A stretch of DNA of 64,000 nucleotides, taken from Variovorax sp. Its GTDB lineage: Bacteria; Pseudomonadota; Gammaproteobacteria; Burkholderiales; Burkholderiaceae_C. The notes under the pieces were generated by a model. The model saw only the letters and a list, made by a program, of their open reading frames with translations. It did not search any database and was not told where the DNA came from. The translations under genes and the position numbers were made by a program. The stretch covers positions 4,263 to 68,262 of the forward strand of contig JANNED010000174.1 in the NCBI GenBank assembly GCA_031388245.1, given 5' to 3'. Positions 10,230-21,209 of the stretch are shown piece after piece (within the stretch, counting starts at the first letter, position 1; every line of letters starts with the position of its first letter).

Positions 10230-11305
10230 CGCTGCAGCTCCTTTTGCACGTGGTGCTCGCGCATACGTCCCACGACCCCAGTAGGAAAGTAATACACCGA
10301 CAACACAAACAACAGGCCCAGCCAGAGCAACCAACGATCCGGCGAGAGCAAAGCAGACAGCAGTGGCACATCCGATGTCGCGCTGCTGCCCCACTGCAGC
10401 ATGTCCTGTAAATAACCCTGGGCCACCAAGAAGACCACGGCGCCAATGATCGCGCCATACATCGTGCCCATGCCGCCGATCACGACGATGAGGAGCACAT
10501 CCATCATGATCTCAAACGAGAGCGAGGTGTCTGGGCCGTTGTAGCGCAACCAAAGCGCCAGCATGCAACCGGCCAAGCACGCAAACATCGCTGACAACAC
10601 GCTCGATAGGGTGCGAAACACCACCACACGGTAGCCGATGGCCTCGGCACGGAATTCGTTGTCTCGCACAGCCTGGAGCACGCGCCCAAACGGCGAATTC
10701 ACGATCCGAAGCAGAGCCAAAAACAGCGCAGCACAGGCCAGCAAAAGCAGGTAGTAGGTCAGCAAGCGACCATCGACTGTGACGCCGAACAAAGGAGCTT
10801 CCAGCCATTGGGTGGAGGGCATCAAGGCCGCAGGCAGCTTGAAGCTCAGACCATCTTCTCCGCCGGTGATGTCTGAGAGCTGAGAGGCCAGCGTCTGGAA
10901 TGCAGCGGCCACGGCCAGTGTGATCATGGCAAAGAAGATCGCTCGCACACGCAGCGAAAACAGGCCAATCAGCAGCGACAACAGAAGCGACAGTGCAAGC
11001 GCCGCAGCAACGCCCATACCCAGCGACATCCACGTTGGCCCGAGCGCGGTTGTGGCGATTGCCACGCCATACGCGCCAATGCCAAAAAACATGGTGTGCG
11101 CAAAGCTCACGATGCCGGTGTAGCCCAGCAGCAAATCAAAGCTGGCCACGAGAATGATGAAGACCAAAATCTTCGCCGCCACCGACAGCGCCTTGACGCC
11201 GGGAAACAAAAACGGCGCAAACACCAAACCCACCACCAACACCAGCAGCAGCGCACCCAGAGCGCGGCTGCGCGGCAGATCTTGAGAGAGCAAACGAGAG
11301 ATCAT
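10226..11305 (-). CDS. HAAT-family ABC permease (LivM-like)
   Basis: LLLGYTGIVSFAH, SPFGRVLQAVRDNE.RAEAIG, IGGMG. Confidence 0.9.
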   Translation of the reverse strand: MISRLLSQDLPRSRALGALLLVLVVGLVFAPFLFPGVKALSVAAKILVFIILVASFDLLLGYTGIVSFAHTMFFGIGAYGVAIATTALGPTWMSLGMGVAAALALSLLLSLLIGLFSLRVRAIFFAMITLAVAAAFQTLASQLSDITGGEDGLSFKLPAALMPSTQWLEAPLFGVTVDGRLLTYYLLLLACAALFLALLRIVNSPFGRVLQAVRDNEFRAEAIGYRVVVFRTLSSVLSAMFACLAGCMLALWLRYNGPDTSLSFEIMMDVLLIVVIGGMGTMYGAIIGAVVFLVAQGYLQDMLQWGSSATSDVPLLSALLSPDRWLLWLGLLFVLSVYYFPTGVVGRMREHHVQKELQR

Positions 11306-11315
11306 GCTCAGCTCC

Positions 11316-12299
11316 TTATCGGTTGGCCACTGGATACACGCCCTGCGGCCGCCAGAGCAAGACCGCGACCATCAGCGCGATATTAGAAAACAGCGCTACT
11401 TTGGGCGCGAGATAGCCGGTGTAATTGGCCATCAAGCCCACCAGCAAAGCACCAATCAATGCGCCGCCCGTGGAGCCCAAGCCGCCCATGATGATCACGA
11501 TAAAGATCAGCACATTGACCTGCGCGCCCATTTGCGGCGTCACGCTTTGCTGATACAGGCCCCACATCACGCCGCCCAAGCCCGCCAAGGCGCTGCCCGC
11601 CACAAACACGCCAATAAAGAGGCGCTTGATCGGATAGCCCAGCGACTCCACCATCTCACGGTCTTGCACGCCGGCGCGGATCAGCAGGCCGATCTTGGTG
11701 CGCGACAACACCCAGATTTGCAACGCAAACACGGCCAAGCCCACCACCACCGCGATCAAACGGTATTTCTCCACTGAAGCCTCCCCCATCAACACGCCGC
11801 CGCGCATGGCTTCGGGCATGGGCATGGCAATTTGCAGCGGCCCCCAAACCACCTTGATCAGCTCCTCGCCAATGATCATGCCGCCCATGGTGATGAGGAT
11901 TTGCTTCAAATGCTGGCCATACACCGGGCGCACGATGAAGCGCTCAAAAGCCAAGCCCACCGCAGCGGCCACAGCCATCGCCACGGCCATGGCTGAAAAC
12001 ACCGCCGTCAGGTTGTGCCAAAGCAGGGCCGAACCCGTCCAATCACCCATCGCGGCCAGCACACTGGTGCCAACAAACGCGCCCAAGGCAATGAACAGGC
12101 CGTGCCCAAAGTTGAGCACATCCATCAGCCCAAACACCAAGGTCAGACCCGAAGCGATGATGAAAATGATCAAGCCCATCGCGAGGCCTGCTACGGTCAA
12201 GGTCAGCCAAGTTGAGCCCGACCCCACAACAGGCAAGGACACAAGCATCAGCGCTGGCACCAGAGCCAGCGGGCGCCAATCCAAATGAGTTGCATTCAT
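11316..12299 (-). CDS. HAAT-family ABC permease (LivH-like)
   Basis: GLTLVFGLMDVLNFGHG, IMGGLGS, RPQG. Confidence 0.9.
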   Translation of the reverse strand: MNATHLDWRPLALVPALMLVSLPVVGSGSTWLTLTVAGLAMGLIIFIIASGLTLVFGLMDVLNFGHGLFIALGAFVGTSVLAAMGDWTGSALLWHNLTAVFSAMAVAMAVAAAVGLAFERFIVRPVYGQHLKQILITMGGMIIGEELIKVVWGPLQIAMPMPEAMRGGVLMGEASVEKYRLIAVVVGLAVFALQIWVLSRTKIGLLIRAGVQDREMVESLGYPIKRLFIGVFVAGSALAGLGGVMWGLYQQSVTPQMGAQVNVLIFIVIIMGGLGSTGGALIGALLVGLMANYTGYLAPKVALFSNIALMVAVLLWRPQGVYPVANR

Positions 12300-13021
12300 A
12301 GTGCGAGCCCCAAAAGCCGGGTTTGCAGACTGTCGTCTTCAGCCAAGGCTTGCATGCTGCCCGCATGCACGACCACGCCGTTGTCCATCACCACCACGGT
12401 ATCGCCCAAGCGTTTGGCGAAATGGAAGTTTTGCTCCACCACCAAGAGCGTCACGCCGCTGGCCTTGAGCTCAGAAAAGGCATCCATCATGTTGTTGATG
12501 ATCGCTGGCGCGAGCCCTTTGCTGGGCTCATCAATGATCAACAGCTCGCGCGGCTCGACCATCGCGCGCGCCACGGCAAGCATTTGCTTTTGGCCGCCAG
12601 ACAGCTTGCCAGCCGGATGATTCCAAAATTTTTCAACCGCAGGAAACAGCTTGAAGATCCACGTCAATCGCGCATCATCGATCCGCGACACGCGGCTGGC
12701 CTGTCGCGCGGCCAACAGCATGTTTTCCTTGACGGTTAAATCTGAAAAAATACCCATGTTTTCTGGCACATAGGCTACGCCCAAGCCGGCGATGCGTGGC
12801 GTCTCCCAAGCAGAAATGTTTTCCGTTTTAAAGCTCACGCTGCCTTGCGAGGCCTTCCACAAGCCCATGATGGTTCGCAAGGTGGTGGTTTTGCCCGCGC
12901 CATTGCGACCGAGCAACATCGTCAACTGCCCGCGCGGTACGCTGAGATTCACGCCGTGCAAGATGTGATACGCGCCGATGTGCGTATGCACGCCCTTGAG
13001 CTCAAGCAAAGCTTCGCTCAT
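12296..13021 (-). CDS. HAAT-family ABC ATPase (LivF-like)
   Basis: GRNGAGKTT, LSGGQKQM, DEPSKGLAP, VEQN. Confidence 0.9.
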   Translation of the reverse strand: MSEALLELKGVHTHIGAYHILHGVNLSVPRGQLTMLLGRNGAGKTTTLRTIMGLWKASQGSVSFKTENISAWETPRIAGLGVAYVPENMGIFSDLTVKENMLLAARQASRVSRIDDARLTWIFKLFPAVEKFWNHPAGKLSGGQKQMLAVARAMVEPRELLIIDEPSKGLAPAIINNMMDAFSELKASGVTLLVVEQNFHFAKRLGDTVVVMDNGVVVHAGSMQALAEDDSLQTRLLGLAL

Positions 13022-13782
13022 GCGGCCTCCCTCGCGTTACCCAAATAAGCTTCTTGAACCACCGGCGAAGCAATCACTTGCGCAGGCTCGCCATCAGCCA
13101 CCAATGCACCGTTGTGCAGCACGATGATGCGATCAGCCAGCTCGCGCACCACATCCATCTTGTGCTCCACCAACAGAATCGTTTTACTGCGATCGGATTT
13201 GAGCTGGCGAATGAGATTGAGAATCACGGGCGCTTCATCGTGGCTCATGCCTGCCGTTGGCTCGTCAAACATATACACCTTGGGATCGAGCGCCATCAGC
13301 AAAGCCACTTCGAGCTTACGCTGATCGCCATGGGGCAAACTCGCGGCACTCTTCTGCGCCAAATGCGACAAAGACACCGTTTCAAGAATCTCTGCGGCAC
13401 GTTTGACAAGATCGCGGTGATCGCTCCAAACGCTCCAGAGATTGAGCCCCCTGCGATGCGAGCCCGTCAATGTCGCTTGCACGGCAAGCCGCACATTTTC
13501 CAAGACGGTGAGCGTTGGAAATAAATTTGTGAGCTGAAAGGCTCGCCCCAGGCCTGCACGCGTGCGCTTTGAGGCACTCATGCCCGAGAGCTCTTTGCCA
13601 CCCAAATACACCTGCCCGCTGCTGGCCTTGAGCTGGCCCGAGATCAGGTTGAAGTACGTCGTCTTTCCAGCGCCGTTCGGCCCGACGATGGCCGTCAGCG
13701 TGCCCGGCTCAAAGGCGCAAGACACAGCATTGACCGCCACATGGCCGCCAAAGCGAATGGTGAGATCTCGGGTTTCAAGCAT
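13018..13782 (-). CDS. HAAT-family ABC ATPase (LivG-like)
   Basis: GPNGAGKTT, DEPTAGM, VEHKM, EAYLG. Confidence 0.9.
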   Translation of the reverse strand: MLETRDLTIRFGGHVAVNAVSCAFEPGTLTAIVGPNGAGKTTYFNLISGQLKASSGQVYLGGKELSGMSASKRTRAGLGRAFQLTNLFPTLTVLENVRLAVQATLTGSHRRGLNLWSVWSDHRDLVKRAAEILETVSLSHLAQKSAASLPHGDQRKLEVALLMALDPKVYMFDEPTAGMSHDEAPVILNLIRQLKSDRSKTILLVEHKMDVVRELADRIIVLHNGALVADGEPAQVIASPVVQEAYLGNAREAA

Positions 13783-13840
13783 GAGCAATGCCCCGGCCTG
13801 CGCTTTGCGCAAGCCCGCAGGCTCTTGAGTCAGGGATCGA

Positions 13841-15040
13841 TCAGCGCTTGTTGCGAATCGGGATGTTCAATTCGCTGGCCGGAATCACGCGCACCAACTC
13901 AGGCACACCCCATGCAAAGGCCGGGTCGTTTTTGATGCGGAAGTGAAACATATCTTGCATGGCTTGGTGGTCTTCCTTGCGGAAAGTCATCTTGCCTTTG
14001 GGCGTTTCAAAGCTCATGCCTTCCATGGCGGCGATGAGTTTTTCGGTGTTGGTGTCGCCATTGGTTTTCTTCAGCGCTTCCACCACCGCCATCGCTGCGC
14101 TCATGCCGCCCGCTGTGAAAAAGTCGGGTGGCTGCTTGAATTTGGAATAGTGGTTGGCCACCAGCCATTCGTTGGCTTTGTTTTTCGGGATGCCGAAGTA
14201 GTAATACAGCGCGCCTTCCATGCCGGGGAAGTTTTTATAAGCCACCATCGCGGGCAAGATATTGCCGCCCGTGGCCAGATCAATGCCAAAGCGCTTCTTC
14301 AAATCCATATCAGCGATTTTGGGAAACGGCGTGGGGCTGCCAGACCAACCCACTGAGATGTATTTGTTGCCCGGCTGATCTTTGAGCTTGTCGATGATGC
14401 GCTGCAAGCCAGCGGTGAAATCCGTCGTGCCCACGGGCAGATACTCTTCATGCACCACCTTGGCTTTCTTCATGAATTCTTTGGCGGCTTTCACGCCATC
14501 GCGGCCAAAGGCATTGTCGTTAGCCAAAAACGCGACCACGTTGCCCGCTTGATCAAGCGCGGCGGCATTGGCGGCAGCGTCTTGGCTGCTGTTGCGACCG
14601 GTGCGAAAGATGTAGCGGTTCCATTTGTCGCCGGTGATGCTGTCGGCCACAGCGGGCTCAACCAGCAAGAGCTTTTTGTATTCTTCGGCCACAGGGAGCA
14701 TGGCCAGCGCCACGGGGCTGCCGGTGGTGCCCACGGCCAAATCCACCTTGTCATCTGCATAGGCGGCGGCCAGTGCAGATTTGCCCACATCAGGCTTGCC
14801 TTGATCGTCCTTCTCAATCACCACGATCTTGCGGCCCGCCACTTGCATGGTGCCGCCGGTCGCGTACTCCAAGCCCATCTGGAAACCCACGATGGTCTGC
14901 TTCGCATAGGCCTCCAGCGGGCCGGTCTTGCCGGTGAGCAAAGCAATTTTCACATCCGGCTTAGACTGCGCCTGCGCACCCCAAGTCAACACCACAGCCA
15001 CCACACCGGCAGCCAAAGAAATCATAGATCGACGCAGCAT
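13841..15040 (-). CDS. HAAT-family ABC substrate-binding protein (LivK-like)
   Basis: Signal peptide, DDQGKPD, FRTGRNSSQDA; AGGAG RBS before ATG 15040. Confidence 0.9.
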   Translation of the reverse strand: MLRRSMISLAAGVVAVVLTWGAQAQSKPDVKIALLTGKTGPLEAYAKQTIVGFQMGLEYATGGTMQVAGRKIVVIEKDDQGKPDVGKSALAAAYADDKVDLAVGTTGSPVALAMLPVAEEYKKLLLVEPAVADSITGDKWNRYIFRTGRNSSQDAAANAAALDQAGNVVAFLANDNAFGRDGVKAAKEFMKKAKVVHEEYLPVGTTDFTAGLQRIIDKLKDQPGNKYISVGWSGSPTPFPKIADMDLKKRFGIDLATGGNILPAMVAYKNFPGMEGALYYYFGIPKNKANEWLVANHYSKFKQPPDFFTAGGMSAAMAVVEALKKTNGDTNTEKLIAAMEGMSFETPKGKMTFRKEDHQAMQDMFHFRIKNDPAFAWGVPELVRVIPASELNIPIRNKR

Positions 15041-15084
15041 CTTGTCTCCTTCTGTATTCAAACGACACGCTCAACCCAAAATAG

Positions 15085-15100
15085 TGCACGTTGCGTGCCA
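15085..15100 (-). promoter_or_regulatory. Sigma-54 (-24/-12) promoter of the ABC operon
   Basis: Minus strand TGGCACGCAACGTGCA = GG-N10-GC, about 45 nt before the start codon; sigma54 activator gene nearby. Confidence 0.8.
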
Positions 15101-15139
15101 AGGGTTTTGACGGGTAATTGGGTGTTTTTGGCTTGAAGT

Positions 15140-15185
15140 TGTATTTTATTCAGACAATAATTGTATTTATTTTGTACGCATGTAT
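15140..15185. promoter_or_regulatory. Putative upstream activator sites of the sigma54 regulator
   Basis: TGTATTTTATTCAGACA (TGT-N11-ACA) followed by two more TGTAT half-sites at 15162 and 15181 in AT-rich DNA. Confidence 0.45.
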
Positions 15186-15267
15186 GGAATTCGATCGTTT
15201 GATGCGGCCTTTTGTACCTGCCGCGATCGGCACCTGAGCGCTTGGGTTTCAAGGGCTGCGATCAGTT

Positions 15268-15308
15268 GCTACAAAATAGATAGCATGCTGCGCTGTATTT
15301 GCGCCGGC
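15268..15308 (+). repeat. 41-bp bipartite motif, copy 1 (intergenic)
   Basis: GCTAC-AAAATAG-ATAGC-ATGCTGCGCTGTATTTGC-GCCGGC. Confidence 0.85.
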
Positions 15309-15323
15309 TAAATGCCAATTTGC

Positions 15324-15572
15324 TCACTGAACCGCGGCGCAACCATGCTCCTTCACAACCCGTTGCGTTGATGCCGGAAACTTCTCCAACTTAGAAGCAG
15401 GCCGACGAGGCCGCACCACCAGCTCACCCCCACAGTTCGGACATTTGCCAGCAAGCGTGCCGTCCGCGCATGATGCGCAGAAAGTGCATTCAAACGAGCA
15501 AATCCGCGCTTCTGCGGATTCAGCCGGAAGATCTTTGTTGCAGCATTCGCAGTTGGGGCGGAGTTGAAGCAT
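15324..15572 (-). CDS. DUF1272-type small Cys-rich protein
   Basis: MLQLRPNCECC..ICSFECTFCASC..CPNCGGEL..RPRRP; AAGGA RBS. Confidence 0.85.
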   Translation of the reverse strand: MLQLRPNCECCNKDLPAESAEARICSFECTFCASCADGTLAGKCPNCGGELVVRPRRPASKLEKFPASTQRVVKEHGCAAVQ

Positions 15573-15634
15573 TTTGGGTTCCTTCGGCTTGGATAGATGT
15601 TGGCAAATGATCAAATCGAGTCGAGGCTTGGACT

Positions 15635-15937
15635 TCACGCAGACATCTTGCCGTTGCTGAGCGCTATTTCAACTCGCAATGTGAGATCTTCTAACGCAGC
15701 AGTTGCGAATTGCCATAGGTTTGCGGACTCAAGCACTGAGCGTTCTCCTTCAAACGAGAAGGAGTTGCGATCCTTGAGCAAACGAAGTCCGTCTGACGGG
15801 CCAGTGAAGTCAATGAGCCAATTACCGAAAGACTCAGGGCAGTATGCGCTTGCAACTGGCGAGTAACCGCCTCTATTCAGCACTCGAAGAAGCAGGGCAG
15901 CTTCTTGTTCAACAGGGAGGGGTAGCTTGTGAGCCAT
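15635..15937 (-). CDS. Hypothetical protein (about 100 aa)
   Basis: Open frame filling the gap between regulator and DUF1272 gene; atypical codon usage; start uncertain. Confidence 0.5.
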   Translation of the reverse strand: MAHKLPLPVEQEAALLLRVLNRGGYSPVASAYCPESFGNWLIDFTGPSDGLRLLKDRNSFSFEGERSVLESANLWQFATAALEDLTLRVEIALSNGKMSA

Positions 15938-15977
15938 TGCGCTGGTATCTAATTGGATGCTAATTGAGGACACGCGT

Positions 15978-17537
15978 TTACTCAAACTTCTCCATCTCCC
16001 TCAAGCGCTGATACAGCGTCGCCCGAGAAATCCCGAGCATTCGGGCAACGGCTTGTTTGTTGCCGCCGGTGGCTTGCAGGGCGGCGGCGATGGCTCGGCG
16101 CTCTAGGGCGATGATTTGCCTGGCAAGCGGCTGCAAGAGCTGCTCGGGCGGGGCGCTGTCTGTAGTGGCTTGTGGCGCGGTTGGCGGCAATGCAAGTGCT
16201 GCGGGGGAAAGCAAAGCGGCCTTGGCAGCAGAGGCTTCCAAAGCGGGCTCCAGCGCATCCGCATCCATCAGGCTTTCGATCAGCGCCGCATCCACACTCT
16301 TGCCTTCGGCGGCGAGGATGGCTTGCTCCAGCAAATTGCGCAGCTCGCGAATGTTGCCGCGCCAGCGCAGGCGGGCGAGCAGTTGCAGGGCATCGGGGCT
16401 GATGTCGGGGATCGGCAGGCCGCTTTGATGGGCGAGGTCTTCGGTGAGCGCTTCTACCAGCGCGGGCATGTCGGCCGCGCGCTCGCGCAGCGGCGGCACG
16501 CGGATCGGGAGCACATTGAGCCGATAAAACAAATCTTCGCGAAACTGGCCTTCGCGCACCAGCGCGCCCAGATCGCGCGAGGTGGCAGCGATCACGCGCA
16601 CATTCACGCCGATCAACTGGTTTGAGCCCAGCGGCTCAATCTCGCGCTCTTGCAGGGCGCGCAGCAGCTTGGCCTGCACGCCCAGTGGCATGTCGCCAAT
16701 CTCATCCAAAAACAGCGTGCCGCGATCAGCGAGCTTGAATTTGCCATCACGCCCGCGCCGGTCTGCGCCGGTGTAAGCGCCGGGCGCGACGCCGAAGAAC
16801 TCGGCCTCCATCAGCGTGTCGGGCACGGCGGCGATATTCACGCTCACAAACGGGGCATCCACGCGCGCAGAGGCGGCGTGAATTCCATGCGCCAGCAGCT
16901 CCTTGCCGGTGCCGGTTTCGCCTTGCAAGAGCACGGTGCTGGCCGATTGCGCAGCGCGGCGCGCCTGGCGCTTGACTTCAGAGGCCGCAGGGCTGGTGCC
17001 CACAAAGCTGGCCAGCGAATACTTGGCTTGGCGCAGCCCCGCCTTGGGCTGGCGACGGCTGGCGGCCAGCTCTTTGCGGGCTTCGTCCAGATCGCGCTGC
17101 AGCAAATCAAACTTGGCCATCAGCGGCTGCAAATGCGTCTCGGCATGGTCAAACAACACAATACCCAAAGCGCCAATCACCGCGCCTGACGCATCCTTGA
17201 GCGGAAAGCGGCTGACCAAAAACGTGCCCGCTTTGTTGGTGAGCAAATCCATCAGGATCGGCTTGCCCGTTTCCAGCACACGGTGCATCTGCGTGTTTTG
17301 TACGACACGGCTGACCGGGTGGCCCACAAAATCGCTTTCTTTTTCGAAGCCGAGGGCGGGCAGAAAGCGGCGGTAGGGGTCGTTGATCCAGACCACGCGA
17401 GCTTGCCTGTCTACCAGCAGCATGCCTTCGCTCGCGCCAGCCATCACACCAAAGAACGAATGCGCCGCGAGCTCCAAAATGCTCTGTGCATCCAGCGGCA
17501 AAGCGCTGGTGTGCAAAGGGGCAAGATCGGCGCTCAT
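15978..17537 (-). CDS. Sigma-54-dependent transcriptional activator (PAS-AAA+-Fis HTH)
   Basis: GETGTGKE, GAYTGA, LFLDEIG, FREDLFYRL, WRGNIREL, LGISRATLY. Confidence 0.95.
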   Translation of the reverse strand: MSADLAPLHTSALPLDAQSILELAAHSFFGVMAGASEGMLLVDRQARVVWINDPYRRFLPALGFEKESDFVGHPVSRVVQNTQMHRVLETGKPILMDLLTNKAGTFLVSRFPLKDASGAVIGALGIVLFDHAETHLQPLMAKFDLLQRDLDEARKELAASRRQPKAGLRQAKYSLASFVGTSPAASEVKRQARRAAQSASTVLLQGETGTGKELLAHGIHAASARVDAPFVSVNIAAVPDTLMEAEFFGVAPGAYTGADRRGRDGKFKLADRGTLFLDEIGDMPLGVQAKLLRALQEREIEPLGSNQLIGVNVRVIAATSRDLGALVREGQFREDLFYRLNVLPIRVPPLRERAADMPALVEALTEDLAHQSGLPIPDISPDALQLLARLRWRGNIRELRNLLEQAILAAEGKSVDAALIESLMDADALEPALEASAAKAALLSPAALALPPTAPQATTDSAPPEQLLQPLARQIIALERRAIAAALQATGGNKQAVARMLGISRATLYQRLREMEKFE

Positions 17538-17611
17538 GCATTGATTATGGAATCAAATCGCCGCACGCCCCTAAAACTTGCACCTGCGCTCACCATCCAT
17601 CATCATGACGA

Positions 17612-19910
<2,299 letters not shown>

Positions 19911-19917
19911 CACCCCA

Positions 19918-19938
19918 GCTCGCCGCATGGCGGCGAGC
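19918..19938. terminator. GC-rich hairpin after katG
   Basis: GCTCGCCGC-ATG-GCGGCGAGC perfect 9-bp stem; no clear U tract. Confidence 0.45.
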
Positions 19939-19974
19939 GGCAGAGCAATCCATTTGTCGGTGGCACCTGAATTT

Positions 19975-20015
19975 ACTATTGTTTTTATAGCAAACTATGT
20001 AGGATTTATGCCGGC
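19975..20015 (+). repeat. 41-bp bipartite motif, copy 2 (between convergent katG and corA)
   Basis: ACTAT-TGTTTTT-ATAGC-AAACTATGTAGGATTTAT-GCCGGC. Confidence 0.85.
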
Positions 20016-20021
20016 GTTTGA

Positions 20022-21011
20022 TCAGCCCTTCAACCAGCCGCGCTTGCGGAAATACCACATTGGCACAATCGCGCTGGCCAGCATCAGCAGCACGACATAA
20101 GGGTAGGCTGCTGCGCCCAGCGCTTGGATCTCGGGGAATTGCAAATTCATGCCGTAAATGCTGGCAATCAGAGTTGGCGGCAGCAGCGCCACGCTGGCCA
20201 CCGAGAAGATTTTGATGATTTTGTTTTGGTTGATGTTGATGAAGCCCACCACCGCATCCATCAAGAAGTTGATCTTGTCAAACAAGAAAGCCGTGTGACT
20301 GTCCAGCGAATCTATATCGCGCAGAATCGAGCGTGCCTCGCTGTGCTGCTCGGCGGAGAGCATTTTGCTGCGCATCATGAAGCTCAAAGCGCGGCGCGTG
20401 TCCATCATGTTGCGGCGAATGCGGCCATTCAAATCTTCCTGCTTGGCGATATTGGCCAACACCTCAGCGGCCAGCTCGTCGGTCACGTCGCCCTTTAAGA
20501 CTTGGCTGCTGGCTTTTTCGAGCTCATCGTGAATGCCCTCCAGCGCATCGGCGCAGTATTCGGCATCGGCATCGTAGAGCTTGAGCAACACTTCGCGCGC
20601 ATCTTCGATCAGGCCGGGCATGCGCCGGGCGCGCAGGCGCAGCAGGCGGAAGATCGGGATGTCTTGCTCGTGAATGGAAAACAGCACGCCCTTGCTTTTG
20701 AGCTGCTCGTTGTTGAGGTTCAAAATAAAGGCCACGCGCTCGGTGCGCGATTCTTCATCGTCGATCAAAAAGTCAGAGCGGATGTGCAAATCGCCGTTGT
20801 CGGCTTCATAAAAACGCGCGGATTCCTCGATGTCTTCATCCATCGCATCATCGGGGATCGACAGGCCGTAGTGCTGCTTGATCCACGCTTTTTCTTCTGG
20901 GCTGGGCGACTCTAAATCCACCCAAACAGGCTGAAATTTAGCAAGCTCTTCGAGCGACTCAATCTCTTCTTGGAAGAGGCGGCCATTGGCCAGCGTGAAA
21001 ATGTTGAGCAT
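20022..21011 (-). CDS. corA: Magnesium/cobalt transporter CorA
   Basis: EDIEESARFY, PPTLIASIYGMN signature, two C-terminal TMs; GGAG RBS before ATG 21011. Confidence 0.95.
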   Translation of the reverse strand: MLNIFTLANGRLFQEEIESLEELAKFQPVWVDLESPSPEEKAWIKQHYGLSIPDDAMDEDIEESARFYEADNGDLHIRSDFLIDDEESRTERVAFILNLNNEQLKSKGVLFSIHEQDIPIFRLLRLRARRMPGLIEDAREVLLKLYDADAEYCADALEGIHDELEKASSQVLKGDVTDELAAEVLANIAKQEDLNGRIRRNMMDTRRALSFMMRSKMLSAEQHSEARSILRDIDSLDSHTAFLFDKINFLMDAVVGFININQNKIIKIFSVASVALLPPTLIASIYGMNLQFPEIQALGAAAYPYVVLLMLASAIVPMWYFRKRGWLKG

Positions 21012-21116
21012 GGTGGGCTCTCCAACGGGAGGGATGGCTGGAAGGATAAAAGGCGCTTCCCGTGCCTGCGTGAACCTTGGGGCCTGCCTTGAAGGTTCAT
21101 CCACCTGCCAGGGAAG

Positions 21117-21140
21117 CTACCGACTGGGGGCAGTGTCCAA
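21117..21140 (-). CDS. Putative corA leader peptide (CorL-like), MDTAPSR
   Basis: TTG GAC ACT GCC CCC AGT CGG TAG in the corA 5' leader, followed by a nested stem-loop. Confidence 0.6.
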   Translation of the reverse strand: MDTAPSR

Positions 21141-21209
21141 GGTTGTTCTCTTGCGTGAAGATGCGCGATTATCGCCTCAAAAGCTGGGCTTGCGCAGGAT
21201 AATCAGGCG

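Noticed and set aside
15324-15937. Integron gene cassettes
   Set aside because: No attC-like inverted repeats found after either gene
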